A program made the position numbers and the translations under genes. Of a stretch of DNA of 64,000 nt, positions 48,618-57,880 are shown one piece after another (positions within the stretch are counted from its first letter, which is position 1; each line of letters opens with the position of its first letter). Source of the stretch: Candidatus Omnitrophota bacterium (GTDB lineage Bacteria > Omnitrophota > Gorgyraeia > Zapsychrales > Zapsychraceae); assembly GCA_050250375.1 (NCBI GenBank), contig JBFWOS010000001.1, positions 1,086,361-1,150,360 on the forward strand, given 5' to 3'. Below the pieces are notes generated by a model. That model worked only from the letters and a program-made list of their open reading frames with translations. It was not told the origin of the DNA and made no database searches.

Positions 48618-49993
48618 AATTGTCCTATCCTGCCTGGAGCCCTGTTTAAAAGCAAACCCCTCGCCTCACTGGCCACAAAGATTGATCCGGTAATTAAAAT
48701 AATCCCGTCGTGAGGACATTCATTCCAAGCCAGCTTCAATGCGTCCGCCACAGAATTTGTCTTAATAAGATCGAGACCTGAAAACAAATGTGATAACTCT
48801 TCATCTTTAAATTCATACGCTCTTTTATTATCCGCTTTCGTAATATAAACCCTGGAAGCAATATTTTTGACGGCCGTGCATATTTCACTGATCTTTTTAT
48901 CGTTCGACACACCTAAGATCAGATGGACTTTCTGATCGCCGAAGTATAAACGCACTGTCCCTGCCAACCGCAACATGGAATCTTCATTGTGCGCCGCGTC
49001 CAGGATAACAAACGGGTTCTTTCCGAGAATCTCAAACCGTATAGGCCAAAAGGCTGTTTTTAATCCCCGATAAATCGCCTCTCTTGAAATCAAAAATCCT
49101 TTCTTATTAATCAATTCAGCCACACTGACAGCCGCCGCGGCATTACTGCATTGATGGACTCCCAACAATAAAATTTCCAAGTCTTGATAATCCGACTTTG
49201 CCGTTTTCAAATGAACAGTCTGATTCAAAAAATTCTGTTCGATTTTTTTAATCATTATGTCTTCAGCAACATTGACGGGTTTAATCCCAAACTGCTCGCA
49301 CCGTTTAAGAATAACTTCCATGGCCTGCGTCCGTTGCGGGGCAATAACGACATCCTGGTATTTTTTGATGATGGCCGCTTTTTCATAAGCAATCTTATCT
49401 AGAGTATCTCCAAGGATATGGGTATGTTCCAGGCTGATCGGAGTAATCACCGCGACCATTGAGTCGATAACGTTGGTCGCATCCAACCTTCCGCCAAGCC
49501 CTGTTTCAATAACGGCAAAATCAATCTGCTCCTGATTAAAATAATAAAACGCTAAGGCGGTATAAACTTCATAAAAAGTAAGCCGGCCGTGCGTGCGATC
49601 ACTCCTGACTTCTTCAATAACAGACTGAATAGAAGTCAAAACCTGTGCCAGACGATCATCAGAAATGCTGTCAGGAAATACTGCCTCGGTTGCCGGTTCA
49701 GCCCCCAAGGTTAAAATACGAATTCTTTCGTTATACGATTGAATATGCGGCGACGTATACAAACCCACTTTATACCCCGCTTCCTTAAGAATATGCGCGA
49801 CCATGACAGACGTCGACCCTTTTCCTTTTGAACCGGCGATATGAACCGTTTTTAAATTTTTGTGAGGATTACCTAAGGCTAGCAGCAGTTTATGAACACG
49901 CTCCAACTTAAATATCTTATTGGTAACATTATCCAAAGATTGTTCGAGGTCGATGAATGAATTCAGGTATGTCCGAGCTTGTTGGGGAGTCAT
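48596..49993 (-). CDS. folC: Folylpolyglutamate synthase/dihydrofolate synthase (Mur ligase family)
   Basis: HIAGSKGKGST P-loop. Mur-ligase middle and C-terminal domains. 465 aa. Confidence 0.8.
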   Translation of the reverse strand: MTPQQARTYLNSFIDLEQSLDNVTNKIFKLERVHKLLLALGNPHKNLKTVHIAGSKGKGSTSVMVAHILKEAGYKVGLYTSPHIQSYNERIRILTLGAEPATEAVFPDSISDDRLAQVLTSIQSVIEEVRSDRTHGRLTFYEVYTALAFYYFNQEQIDFAVIETGLGGRLDATNVIDSMVAVITPISLEHTHILGDTLDKIAYEKAAIIKKYQDVVIAPQRTQAMEVILKRCEQFGIKPVNVAEDIMIKKIEQNFLNQTVHLKTAKSDYQDLEILLLGVHQCSNAAAAVSVAELINKKGFLISREAIYRGLKTAFWPIRFEILGKNPFVILDAAHNEDSMLRLAGTVRLYFGDQKVHLILGVSNDKKISEICTAVKNIASRVYITKADNKRAYEFKDEELSHLFSGLDLIKTNSVADALKLAWNECPHDGIILITGSIFVASEARGLLLNRAPGRIGQLCINMKG

Positions 49994-50012
49994 GACAGGC
50001 CTCCATAAGCAA

Positions 50013-51569
50013 TTAATGCTTAAAATGCCTTACCGATGTGAAGACCATGGCTAATTTATGGCGATCAGCGGCGGCGATGACTTCTTTGTCAGCGATTGAT
50101 CCGCCGGTCTGGATAATCGCGCTAACGCCGGCTTTGGCCGCCAGATCAATGTTGTCCGTTTTTGGGAAAAAAGCGTCTGAGATCAAAATAGAATTTTTCG
50201 CCTGTTTGCCGGCTTTGTTGACGGCCGTGTGGACGCTCTCCACCCGGGAGGTTTGGCCGCATCCAATTCCGACCACACGTTTACTTTTTACGAGCAGAAT
50301 CGCGTTTGATTTTACATTCTTGATGACCTGCCATCCGAATTTCATGGCTTCAAGCTGCGGGGCTGTTGGTTTTTTCTTGGTAACAATTTTCAGATCTTCA
50401 TCCTTTAAAATATGCTCATCTTTTTCCTGAAGAAGTAAACCCCCGTAAATCTTCTTACTGTCAAAAGGCTCTTTGATCATTTTCTTAAAATCAAATTCAA
50501 TCAATCTCAAATTCTTTTTAACGCCCAGGATAGCCTTGGCTTTACTGCTGAATTTCGGGGCAATAATACATTCCATAAAACCGCTTTTGTTGATCAACTC
50601 AGCGGTCTCTTCGTCAACCGTCCGGTTCAAACCGATAATTCCCCCGAATGCAGAAACAGGATCACACGCCCACGCCTGTTTATAGGCACTGGCTATTGAC
50701 TGGTCCTGCGCAATACCCGTCGGATTATTATGTTTAATAATAACGGCCGTGGGTTCCTTAAAATCCTTGATAAATTCGATCGCCGCGTTTAAATCCAGAA
50801 AATTGTTAAATGAAAGCTCTTTACCGTGCAATTGTTTGATGTCGGCCAATCCATAGGCTTCCGGACCGGACATATATAACGCGGCTTTTTGGTGAGGATT
50901 TTCACCATAACGCAAAGTCTGCCGTTTTTCATATTTCTGGTCATACTGGACCGGCAGAGGATCAAAATCAGATCCCGTCAACCGTGACTTAAGAAATTTC
51001 TGGATAATTTCATCATAACGGGCCGTATAACCGAAGGCCTCAACGGCTAATTTATACAAAACCGAATCCGGGAGCAATCCATTGTTTTGTTTTAGTTCCT
51101 CCAGGACCGTATCATAATGGTCAGGATTACAGACAACGGCCACACTGCGATAATTCTTTGCCGCGGAACGTAACATCGACGGCCCACCGATATCAATGTT
51201 CTCGATGGCTTCCTCCAAATGAACATTCTTCTTTTGTGTAACCTTTTCAAAAGGATAAAGATTAACCACGACCATATCGATCATCCCGATCCCGTGTTTT
51301 TTGATCTGTTCCATGTGGTCTTTGTTATTGCGGACAGCCAAAAGACCCCCGTGAATTTTGGGATGCAGGGTTTTAACGCGGCCGTCCAGCATCTCGGGAA
51401 AACCGGTATACTCCGATACGTCCTGAACCGATACACCCGCCTCACGAATCAGCCGGGCCGTCCCTCCGGTTGAAAGGATTTCGACATTCAGGTCCGACAA
51501 ACCTTTAACAAACGGTATCAGTCCTTTTTTATCAGAAACACTGATGAGTATTCGATGAACTTTAAGCAT
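50013..51569 (-). CDS. purH: Bifunctional AICAR transformylase/IMP cyclohydrolase
   Basis: N-terminal MGS-like domain ALISVSDKKGL...LSTGGTA. 518 aa. Confidence 0.9.
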   Translation of the reverse strand: MLKVHRILISVSDKKGLIPFVKGLSDLNVEILSTGGTARLIREAGVSVQDVSEYTGFPEMLDGRVKTLHPKIHGGLLAVRNNKDHMEQIKKHGIGMIDMVVVNLYPFEKVTQKKNVHLEEAIENIDIGGPSMLRSAAKNYRSVAVVCNPDHYDTVLEELKQNNGLLPDSVLYKLAVEAFGYTARYDEIIQKFLKSRLTGSDFDPLPVQYDQKYEKRQTLRYGENPHQKAALYMSGPEAYGLADIKQLHGKELSFNNFLDLNAAIEFIKDFKEPTAVIIKHNNPTGIAQDQSIASAYKQAWACDPVSAFGGIIGLNRTVDEETAELINKSGFMECIIAPKFSSKAKAILGVKKNLRLIEFDFKKMIKEPFDSKKIYGGLLLQEKDEHILKDEDLKIVTKKKPTAPQLEAMKFGWQVIKNVKSNAILLVKSKRVVGIGCGQTSRVESVHTAVNKAGKQAKNSILISDAFFPKTDNIDLAAKAGVSAIIQTGGSIADKEVIAAADRHKLAMVFTSVRHFKH

Positions 51570-51608
51570 GGTCGTGGTGGATTAAAAAAACTTTATTCGT
51601 GGCCAATA

Positions 51609-52121
51609 TCAAATATTTAATTGCTTAATGACTTCAACGGTAAACGCAGTCAAATCTTCAGGTTTGCGGGAAGTGATGAGATTTTTGTCAACAACAACTT
51701 CCTGATCGGACCAATCAGCCCCGGCGGCAATAAGATCATCCTTAATGGCAAAAAAGCTGGTTGCCTTTTTGCCTTTCAAAATTCCAGCCGAAACAAGCAT
51801 CCACCCGCCGTGGCAGATGGCCGCTACGATCTTATTCTGATCATAAATTTCCCTGACGAATTGCGCCATTCTGGGCACCCGGCGCATAAAATCAGGAGCG
51901 AATCCTCCCGGGACAATTACTCCGTCAAACTGATCGGCGTTAACTTCTGAAATGGAACAATCCGCTTTTGCCGGATACCCCTCCTTACTGCCGTAACTGT
52001 TTTTCGTGCCGGATCCGACCAACTTAACGTCAATTCCGTTTTCACGCAAACGCAGCCAAGGGTACCAGACCTCAAGCACTTGATATTGATCTTCTATTAA
52101 TATGGCGATTGACTTTGTCAT
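51609..52121 (-). CDS. DJ-1/PfpI family protein
   Basis: AAICHGGWMLVSAGILKGKKATSF (nucleophile-elbow Cys-His). The start is reassigned to the Met of MTKSIAILIED at 52121 because the annotated 52151 start overlaps a strong hairpin. Confidence 0.75.
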   Translation of the reverse strand: MTKSIAILIEDQYQVLEVWYPWLRLRENGIDVKLVGSGTKNSYGSKEGYPAKADCSISEVNADQFDGVIVPGGFAPDFMRRVPRMAQFVREIYDQNKIVAAICHGGWMLVSAGILKGKKATSFFAIKDDLIAAGADWSDQEVVVDKNLITSRKPEDLTAFTVEVIKQLNI

Positions 52122-52137
52122 TTTATGATTGGAAATG

Positions 52138-52168
52138 AATAAGGGACGCAAGAACTGCGTCCCTTATT
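52138..52168 (-). terminator. Hairpin downstream of rpsU (12-bp perfect stem)
   Basis: aataagggacgc-aagaact-gcgtcccttatt, followed on the coding (minus) strand by a cATTTCC T-containing tract. Confidence 0.5.
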
Positions 52169-52206
52169 AGATATACTTAGAGACCGCAAATGATCTCTTT
52201 TATAAA

Positions 52207-52362
52207 CTATCGTTTACCTTTTAGCCGTTTTTTCTCGGATGGCTTGCTGTAAAAACGTCTGTCTTTCAGTTCCATCATGAATCCGTCTTTCTGACAGGCC
52301 TTTTTAAAGATACGCATAGCTTTCTCAAAACTGTTATTGTCGTTTACTTTAACTTCTATCAT
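52207..52362 (-). CDS. rpsU: 30S ribosomal protein S21 (short form, 51 aa)
   Basis: Reverse translation gives MIEVKVNDNNSFEKAMRIFKKACQKDGFMMELKDRRFYSKPSEKKRLKGKR, matching the S21 pattern (MPxVKVREN.S...ALRRFKRSCEKAG...E.RRR.FYEKP.E.RK). Absent from the ORF track because it is under 60 aa. Confidence 0.7.
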   Translation of the reverse strand: MIEVKVNDNNSFEKAMRIFKKACQKDGFMMELKDRRFYSKPSEKKRLKGKR

Positions 52363-52524
52363 CGGGTATATTCACCACCTTTATCGGTTAATCGTTTTCT
52401 ATAGGAAGGTTGTATTATATACCAGATTGTTAAATTGTAAAGGATTTTTCAACCGCCAGCTTCGGATCAAAACTCACAGGACAAATTCTTCGTTACTCTA
52501 TGAAATTAAATGATTTATAAGAAT

Positions 52525-52827
52525 CTAAATTGCCATGGCGCCATCTTCGCCTGTACGAATCTTGATGACATTCTCCAGAGGAATAACCGCGATTTTACCG
52601 TCACCGGTCGATCCTGTTTTGGCAACCTGCCGGACCATTTCAACAACTTTATCCACCTGGAACTCATCAACGTAAATATCAATCTTTCTTTTGGGCTGAA
52701 GACCGTTGCGGTGCCTTCCGAAACCTTTTGCCTCCGTGACCGTCAGACCGCCGACTCCGGAGTCTTCCAGGACTTTAATCACAGCATTAAATTTTTCTTC
52801 TCTAACGATAATTTCTAACTTTTTCAT
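52525..52827 (-). CDS. P-II (GlnB/GlnK) family signal-transduction protein
   Basis: MKKLEIIVREEKFNAVIKVLEDSGVGGLTVTEAKGFGRH...GDGKIAVIPLENVIKIRTGEDGAMAI. The T-loop is shorter than in canonical GlnB. The start is moved to the second ATG (52827) because the first lies in a conserved leader element. Confidence 0.7.
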   Translation of the reverse strand: MKKLEIIVREEKFNAVIKVLEDSGVGGLTVTEAKGFGRHRNGLQPKRKIDIYVDEFQVDKVVEMVRQVAKTGSTGDGKIAVIPLENVIKIRTGEDGAMAI

Positions 52828-52875
52828 ATGAAACTCCCGTTCATTTTTCTTCATTCTCTAGTTAAGAAGAAAATG
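52828..52875 (-). promoter_or_regulatory. Conserved leader/RBS element (copy 1 of 3) upstream of the P-II gene
   Basis: Plus-strand ctcccgttcatttttcttcattc...aagaagaaaatga is near-identical to the copies at 60000-60045 and 60520-60565. In coding orientation it reads TCATTT...GAATGAAGAAAAATGAACGGGAG then N5 then ATG. Confidence 0.45.
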
Positions 52876-52877
52876 AC

Positions 52878-52908
52878 CTGCCTCGCCTTGCTCGGCAAGG
52901 CGGGCGTG
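52878..52908 (-). terminator. GC-rich hairpin after the KamA-like gene
   Basis: cgccttgc-tcg-gcaaggcg (8-bp stem) within ctgcctcgccttgctcggcaaggcgggcgtggc. On the minus strand it is followed by aggcaggTCATTTTCTTCTT. Confidence 0.5.
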
Positions 52909-52946
52909 GCACGCCATAGAAATGACGGCCTTAAGAAATTTTAAAT

Positions 52947-54116
52947 TTATTCAGGATCATGATAATAAAATTCATCATGATTGAAATTACGTAACGTGTA
53001 TGTACTTTTTTCTTTTTTAACCACATAATTCGGTGAAATGGGAATTTTTCCACCGCCGCCGGGTCCGTCCACCACATACGTCGGCACGGCGTAACCCGTT
53101 GTGTGTCCGCGTAACTGCTCCATGATGTTAATACCGGTCGAGATCTCCGTCCTAAAATGCTTTGAACCGAGAATCGGGTCACACTGATAAATGTAATACG
53201 GCCTGATCCTTATTTTTAGGAGTTCGTGCATCAACTTTTTCATAATCTCCGGCTGGTCGTTGACCCCTTTGAGCAACACTGTCTGACTTCCCATGGGTAT
53301 CCCCGCGTCGGCAATCAAATCACAAGCGAACTTCACGCGGGGAGTGATTTCTTCCGCATGATTGAAATGAATACTCATCCAAATCGGACTATACTTTTTC
53401 AGCATGTTAATCAGCTGCGGGGTTACCCGCTGCGGCAATGTTACCGGAATTCTCGTGCCGATTCTGACAAACTCAACATGCTCAATGGATTTGATTTCCT
53501 GGATAATATGCTCAAGCACACGGTCGCTCAAGGTCAACGGATCTCCGCCGGAAATTAACACATCTCTTATTTCTTTGTGACTCCTGATGTAGTCAAAAGC
53601 CTTTTGATACGATTCCATACTCAACGATCGTTCACCATCCCCGACCATTCTTGAACGCGTGCAATACCGGCAATACATGGCACACATCTCATTGACCAAA
53701 AAAAGGACTCGGTCCGGGTAACGGTGCACCAGGCCATGAATGGGAGAATGTTTGTCCTCACCACAGGGATCCGCCATTTCTTCCGGGGCTGCCGTTAACT
53801 CATCTACCTGGGGGATACTTTGTAAACGGATCGGACACGTCGGATCGTCCGGACGGATCAGGGCCGCAAAATAAGGCGGAATAGCCATCGTCAGTTTTTT
53901 TCCGCAGCCGACAATACCGGCTTTTTCTTTTTTTGTTAGGTTCACAATACTTTCCAGAACTTCCTTGCTGCGGATCCTGTTGCGAATCTGCCAACGCCAA
54001 TCGTTCCAATCTGATTCCGTGGCCCCGTCAAAAAACTCAAGGACTCTCATTTCCTGAGATGTAAGTGGTATCTGGGAAATTTGCAATTCTTGGTCAAGGG
54101 CGTCCATTGGATTCAT
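52947..54116 (-). CDS. KamA-family radical SAM protein (lysine 2,3-aminomutase-like)
   Basis: CAMYCRYCTRSRM (CxxxCxxC). N-terminal WNDWRWQIRNRI. 389 aa. Confidence 0.75.
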   Translation of the reverse strand: MNPMDALDQELQISQIPLTSQEMRVLEFFDGATESDWNDWRWQIRNRIRSKEVLESIVNLTKKEKAGIVGCGKKLTMAIPPYFAALIRPDDPTCPIRLQSIPQVDELTAAPEEMADPCGEDKHSPIHGLVHRYPDRVLFLVNEMCAMYCRYCTRSRMVGDGERSLSMESYQKAFDYIRSHKEIRDVLISGGDPLTLSDRVLEHIIQEIKSIEHVEFVRIGTRIPVTLPQRVTPQLINMLKKYSPIWMSIHFNHAEEITPRVKFACDLIADAGIPMGSQTVLLKGVNDQPEIMKKLMHELLKIRIRPYYIYQCDPILGSKHFRTEISTGINIMEQLRGHTTGYAVPTYVVDGPGGGGKIPISPNYVVKKEKSTYTLRNFNHDEFYYHDPE

Positions 54117-55165
54117 TAAGCATTTATCTCCTGGTAAAAGGGTTTTAACAATTCTTGTTCTGTTTGATCAATGAGACCGTAACGGGCCAGTGATATATTT
54201 AATATTATGTTTAATATTTGATTAAAATCAAGCCCAAACAATTGAGGAAAGACATGAAACACATCTTCTTTATCCATGGTCGGAAGAGGGTTAATCTCCA
54301 AAACATACGGCCTTCCCTCTTTAGAGACACGAAAATCAATCCTCGCCAGATCCCGGCAATCCACCGATCTAAAAACCTTCACCGCAATTTCCTGTATTTC
54401 TTTCGTTAATTCCGGCGTTATCTGGGCCGGACACACATATTTTAAGGCCGCCGAATAAATCCGCTCGTTGGTATATATCCGGTCATCCAATTCCAAATTG
54501 CCGTCAATACAGATCTGAACAACCGGCATGGCTACCGGAGTTGCATTTCCCAATACTGGAACCGTAAATTCCCTTCCGGCAATAAATTGTTCAACCAGAG
54601 CTGGCTGGCTGTACGTCCGGTTAATAAAATCGACCCTTCGTTTCAATTCTGTAATATTTTGAACCCTTGATTCATTATTAATTCCTTTGGAAGACCCTTC
54701 ATGTTTGGTTTTGACCATCAAAGGAAAGCCAATCGTGTTCAGTTGTTCAAGGTCATCGGTTGACTCTGCTGAAAAATATCCCGGGGTCGGGATATTCTGC
54801 CCCATAAACACTTTCTTGGCCATAATCTTGTCTAGAGTAACCCCCAACGACAACGCATCCGCCCCCAAATAAGGGATCTGATTCATTTCCAGAATAATCG
54901 GTACCTGTGATTCACGGTTACGGCCCGACCGGCCTTCGCACATGTTATAGACGAAATCGACATTCAGGTCTTCCACGCACTGGATAAGCTGATGGAAATT
55001 TCCAATCCGGATCACTTCATGTCCGCCGCTTTCGATCGCAGCGATAATCATTTCCAGCGTCTCGGGTTTATCAAATTCCGCGTTGATGTCTGCAGGGTCA
55101 CTATCTTTTTTGACCCAATCTGTTTTTAAATCGTATGTTATTCCAATTTTCATGATGTTTACCAA
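54116..55165 (-). CDS. ATP-grasp enzyme of the D-Ala-D-Ala ligase family
   Basis: Ddl-like N-domain (KIGITYDLKTDW...), central and C-terminal ATP-grasp pattern (FIAGREFTVPVLG..., ARIDFRV...YVLEINPLP). Its stop overlaps the KamA gene by 1 nt and its start overlaps mgtE by 7 nt. Confidence 0.55.
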   Translation of the reverse strand: MVNIMKIGITYDLKTDWVKKDSDPADINAEFDKPETLEMIIAAIESGGHEVIRIGNFHQLIQCVEDLNVDFVYNMCEGRSGRNRESQVPIILEMNQIPYLGADALSLGVTLDKIMAKKVFMGQNIPTPGYFSAESTDDLEQLNTIGFPLMVKTKHEGSSKGINNESRVQNITELKRRVDFINRTYSQPALVEQFIAGREFTVPVLGNATPVAMPVVQICIDGNLELDDRIYTNERIYSAALKYVCPAQITPELTKEIQEIAVKVFRSVDCRDLARIDFRVSKEGRPYVLEINPLPTMDKEDVFHVFPQLFGLDFNQILNIILNISLARYGLIDQTEQELLKPFYQEINA

Positions 55166-56508
55166 AGGATTAAAGTTGCGATTTTAAAATACACTAAAAG
55201 TGAAACAATATCAACAATACATGTGATAAAAGGCCCGGACATCAAGGCCGGGTCCAATTTTAATTTCTTGAACAAGATCGGCAATAATGCCCCCAATGAC
55301 GCCGCCAGCATTACGGAAGTAATCATAGACAGTCCGACAACAATTCCGAGTTTTAGGTCACGTTTCAAAAAGAAAGCCATGAATGAAGCCAATAATCCCA
55401 TTGAGGTGCCTACCATTGCCCCGACCATCAACTCTTTCCGCCAGACTTTCATGAAATCCCGCAACTCAATATCTTCTGTTGCCAAGCCCCTAATGACAAC
55501 CGTTGACGTTTGAGTGCCGGCATTTCCGCCCGCCCCCAGCAATAAGGGAATAAAAAAACTTAAAGCCATTACCGTTTGAAGCGTTTCGGCATTGTTCTGC
55601 AGAACCCAAGCCGAAATAAACCCCACAAAAATCAAAATCATCAGCCAGAGTGTTCTTTGCCGGGCGACCTTAAACGGATTGGCCTTCATATAATCGACAT
55701 AAACCCCGGCGGCCGCCAACTTATACATATCTTCGGTCGTCTCTTCCTCAACGACGTCCATAACATCGTCAACCGTCACGATGCCGACCAGCCGGCTTTC
55801 ATTGTCCACGATCGGGATTGCCAAAAAATCATAATCGGACAATTTCCTGGCCACAGCTTCTTTGTCATCATCGACATTCGCACTGATGACATGAGTATTC
55901 ATAATGTCTTCAATTTTTTTGGTCGATGGCGCGATGATGATGTCTCTTAACGAAACAAAACCCAACAATTTTCGGTCATTATCGATGACATAAATATAAT
56001 AAATGGTCTCACTGTCAATAGCCTGGATCTTGATTTTCTCGATGGCTTCATTGACTGTGATATTTTTTGGGAGAAACGCATACTCCGTTGTCAGAATGGA
56101 TCCGGCGGTCTCTTCTTTATACTTGGTCAATTTCTTTATATCGAGACGTTCGGCCCTGGCCACCAGCGGTAGAATTTCTTCAAGGCGTTCCTGCGGCAAA
56201 TAGACAATAAAATCCGCCCGCTCATCCGGCGACATTTCCTCTAAAACATCGGCCATCCATTCTTTATCGAAACAGTTGAATATTTCTTTCTTACGCTCAT
56301 CATCAAACTGTTCAAAAAGCTCAATCCCGGTCGGGATACCTAAAGCCTTGATGCATTCGGCGATTTGGTTGTCTTCCAGATTCTCACAAAGAACATAAAT
56401 ATCATACGTGTGCATATCCGAAAATAAATTCCGGATCTTTTCAACCTTTTCCGGCGATTCAAGGATCGAATGAATTTGCGGGGTTATTAAAGCTCCTCTT
56501 TTCTGCAC
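55159..56508 (-). CDS. mgtE: Magnesium transporter MgtE
   Basis: MgtE_N, tandem CBS domains (FVSLRDIII..., GIVTVDDVMDVV), C-terminal 5-TM domain. Confidence 0.85.
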   Translation of the reverse strand: MQKRGALITPQIHSILESPEKVEKIRNLFSDMHTYDIYVLCENLEDNQIAECIKALGIPTGIELFEQFDDERKKEIFNCFDKEWMADVLEEMSPDERADFIVYLPQERLEEILPLVARAERLDIKKLTKYKEETAGSILTTEYAFLPKNITVNEAIEKIKIQAIDSETIYYIYVIDNDRKLLGFVSLRDIIIAPSTKKIEDIMNTHVISANVDDDKEAVARKLSDYDFLAIPIVDNESRLVGIVTVDDVMDVVEEETTEDMYKLAAAGVYVDYMKANPFKVARQRTLWLMILIFVGFISAWVLQNNAETLQTVMALSFFIPLLLGAGGNAGTQTSTVVIRGLATEDIELRDFMKVWRKELMVGAMVGTSMGLLASFMAFFLKRDLKLGIVVGLSMITSVMLAASLGALLPILFKKLKLDPALMSGPFITCIVDIVSLLVYFKIATLILW

Positions 56509-56518
56509 GTGGCATCCT

Positions 56519-57181
56519 TTACCGGCTGATGGTTACATTTGATTTCGCGCAATATCGGCTGACACTGCACCTCGAGCACAACGGCGAAACAGGCTTACAA
56601 ACGTTCTGTCCCCAGGTGACCAGCAAAGCATTATAATCTATCCAATGTTTTTTAGGCAACTTCTTTCTTAAGGCCCATTCTGTTTCTTCCGGAGATTTTG
56701 TCTGTATGTAACCGAAACGGTTGGAAATCCGGTGGACGTGTGTATCAACGCACATGGCCGGGATATTAAACCCTTCCGTCAAAACTAAATTAGCTGTTTT
56801 GCGTCCGACGCCTTTCATCGTCAATAATGTTTCAATATCATCGGGGACTTTATGATTAAATTTCTCGATAATGTCTTTGCAGATACCAAGGATGGTCCGG
56901 GCCTTCGTCTTGTAAAAACCAACCGGAAAAATTGCCTTTTCAATCTGGGAGGCTGATAACTTGATCATGGTCTCAGGAGTATCGGCCAGTTTGAATAATC
57001 GTTCCGAAGCCGGCAGCGTTGTTTCGTCTTTTGTCCGCAGACTCATAATGCAGGAAATCAGAACCAAAAATGGGCTCTTCCACCTTTTACCGACAAGAGT
57101 CACTGACGGATCCGGCAGGCCTTTCATTTGTTCTCTTATATTAAGAATCACCGTATCAATATTTCGATTCGTAACAGGCAT
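56519..57181 (-). CDS. nth: Endonuclease III (HhH-GPD DNA glycosylase with 4Fe-4S cluster)
   Basis: LLTMKGVGRKTANLVL (HhH), VDTHVHRISNR, C-terminal CKPVSPLCSRCSVSRYC. Confidence 0.85.
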   Translation of the reverse strand: MPVTNRNIDTVILNIREQMKGLPDPSVTLVGKRWKSPFLVLISCIMSLRTKDETTLPASERLFKLADTPETMIKLSASQIEKAIFPVGFYKTKARTILGICKDIIEKFNHKVPDDIETLLTMKGVGRKTANLVLTEGFNIPAMCVDTHVHRISNRFGYIQTKSPEETEWALRKKLPKKHWIDYNALLVTWGQNVCKPVSPLCSRCSVSRYCAKSNVTISR

Positions 57182-57217
57182 AATTATCCAACAGCCCTGC
57201 TGGCTGTGCGCCGGGCA

Positions 57218-57880
57218 TTATTTTATAATTTTTTTCTTGAGTTTATCCGGTATCCCGATATCCGCCACAATGACTTTGCCCGTTTTCTGCGGACCTTCAC
57301 TCTGATAAAAACCGCACTTGGGAAAACTGAAAGTTACGGTAAGGTTCGCTTTTACACACACTCCGTGTATTTTCCCGTTCGTGCCGTCCAGTCCAGACGG
57401 GATGTCAACGGCAACAACCTTTTTTGCTTCACGGTTAATCGTTTCAATAATTCTTTTATAAGGATCGGTAATTTCGCGGTTTAATCCTACCCCGAAAATC
57501 GCATCGACCACGACATCAGCTTCTCTGATCAGAGTCAAGGAGCGTGTCGTTAGCCGTGCTGTTTCCCGGACCGGATGCTTCAACTGCCTCAGGATCCTGT
57601 AATTAACCAACGCATCCTGCTTCAGATCTGCGGAACGACCGATTAAAATTATATTTGTTTTAACCCCAGCGTTGATCAAATGCCTAGCCGTGACAAAACC
57701 GTCTCCCGCGTTATTCCCTTGGCCGCAAATGACGATGACAACAGCAGGCCGAAAATTTTTCATCACTTCTTCGTAAACCCGACGCCCCGCATTTTCCATT
57801 AAAACCAGAGAAGGGAAACCATAGTGATTAATCGCGATTTCATCCAGCTTCTGTATTTGTTTAACCGTCACCGCCTTCAT
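57218..57880 (-). CDS. nnrE: NAD(P)H-hydrate epimerase (YjeF N-terminal domain only)
   Basis: LMENAGRRVYEEV...VVIVICGQGNNAGDGFVTARHL. 220 aa. Confidence 0.7.
   Translation of the reverse strand: MKAVTVKQIQKLDEIAINHYGFPSLVLMENAGRRVYEEVMKNFRPAVVIVICGQGNNAGDGFVTARHLINAGVKTNIILIGRSADLKQDALVNYRILRQLKHPVRETARLTTRSLTLIREADVVVDAIFGVGLNREITDPYKRIIETINREAKKVVAVDIPSGLDGTNGKIHGVCVKANLTVTFSFPKCGFYQSEGPQKTGKVIVADIGIPDKLKKKIIK

Noticed and set aside
52828-52854. N-terminal extensions of P-II (52854), PfkB kinase (60022), YjbQ (60585) and PfpI (52151) given by the ORF track
   Set aside because: For the first three, the extensions consist of the conserved leader element and precede a better-placed ATG with a GGGAG SD. 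For PfpI, the 12-bp rpsU terminator hairpin overlaps the extension. Downstream starts were preferred.
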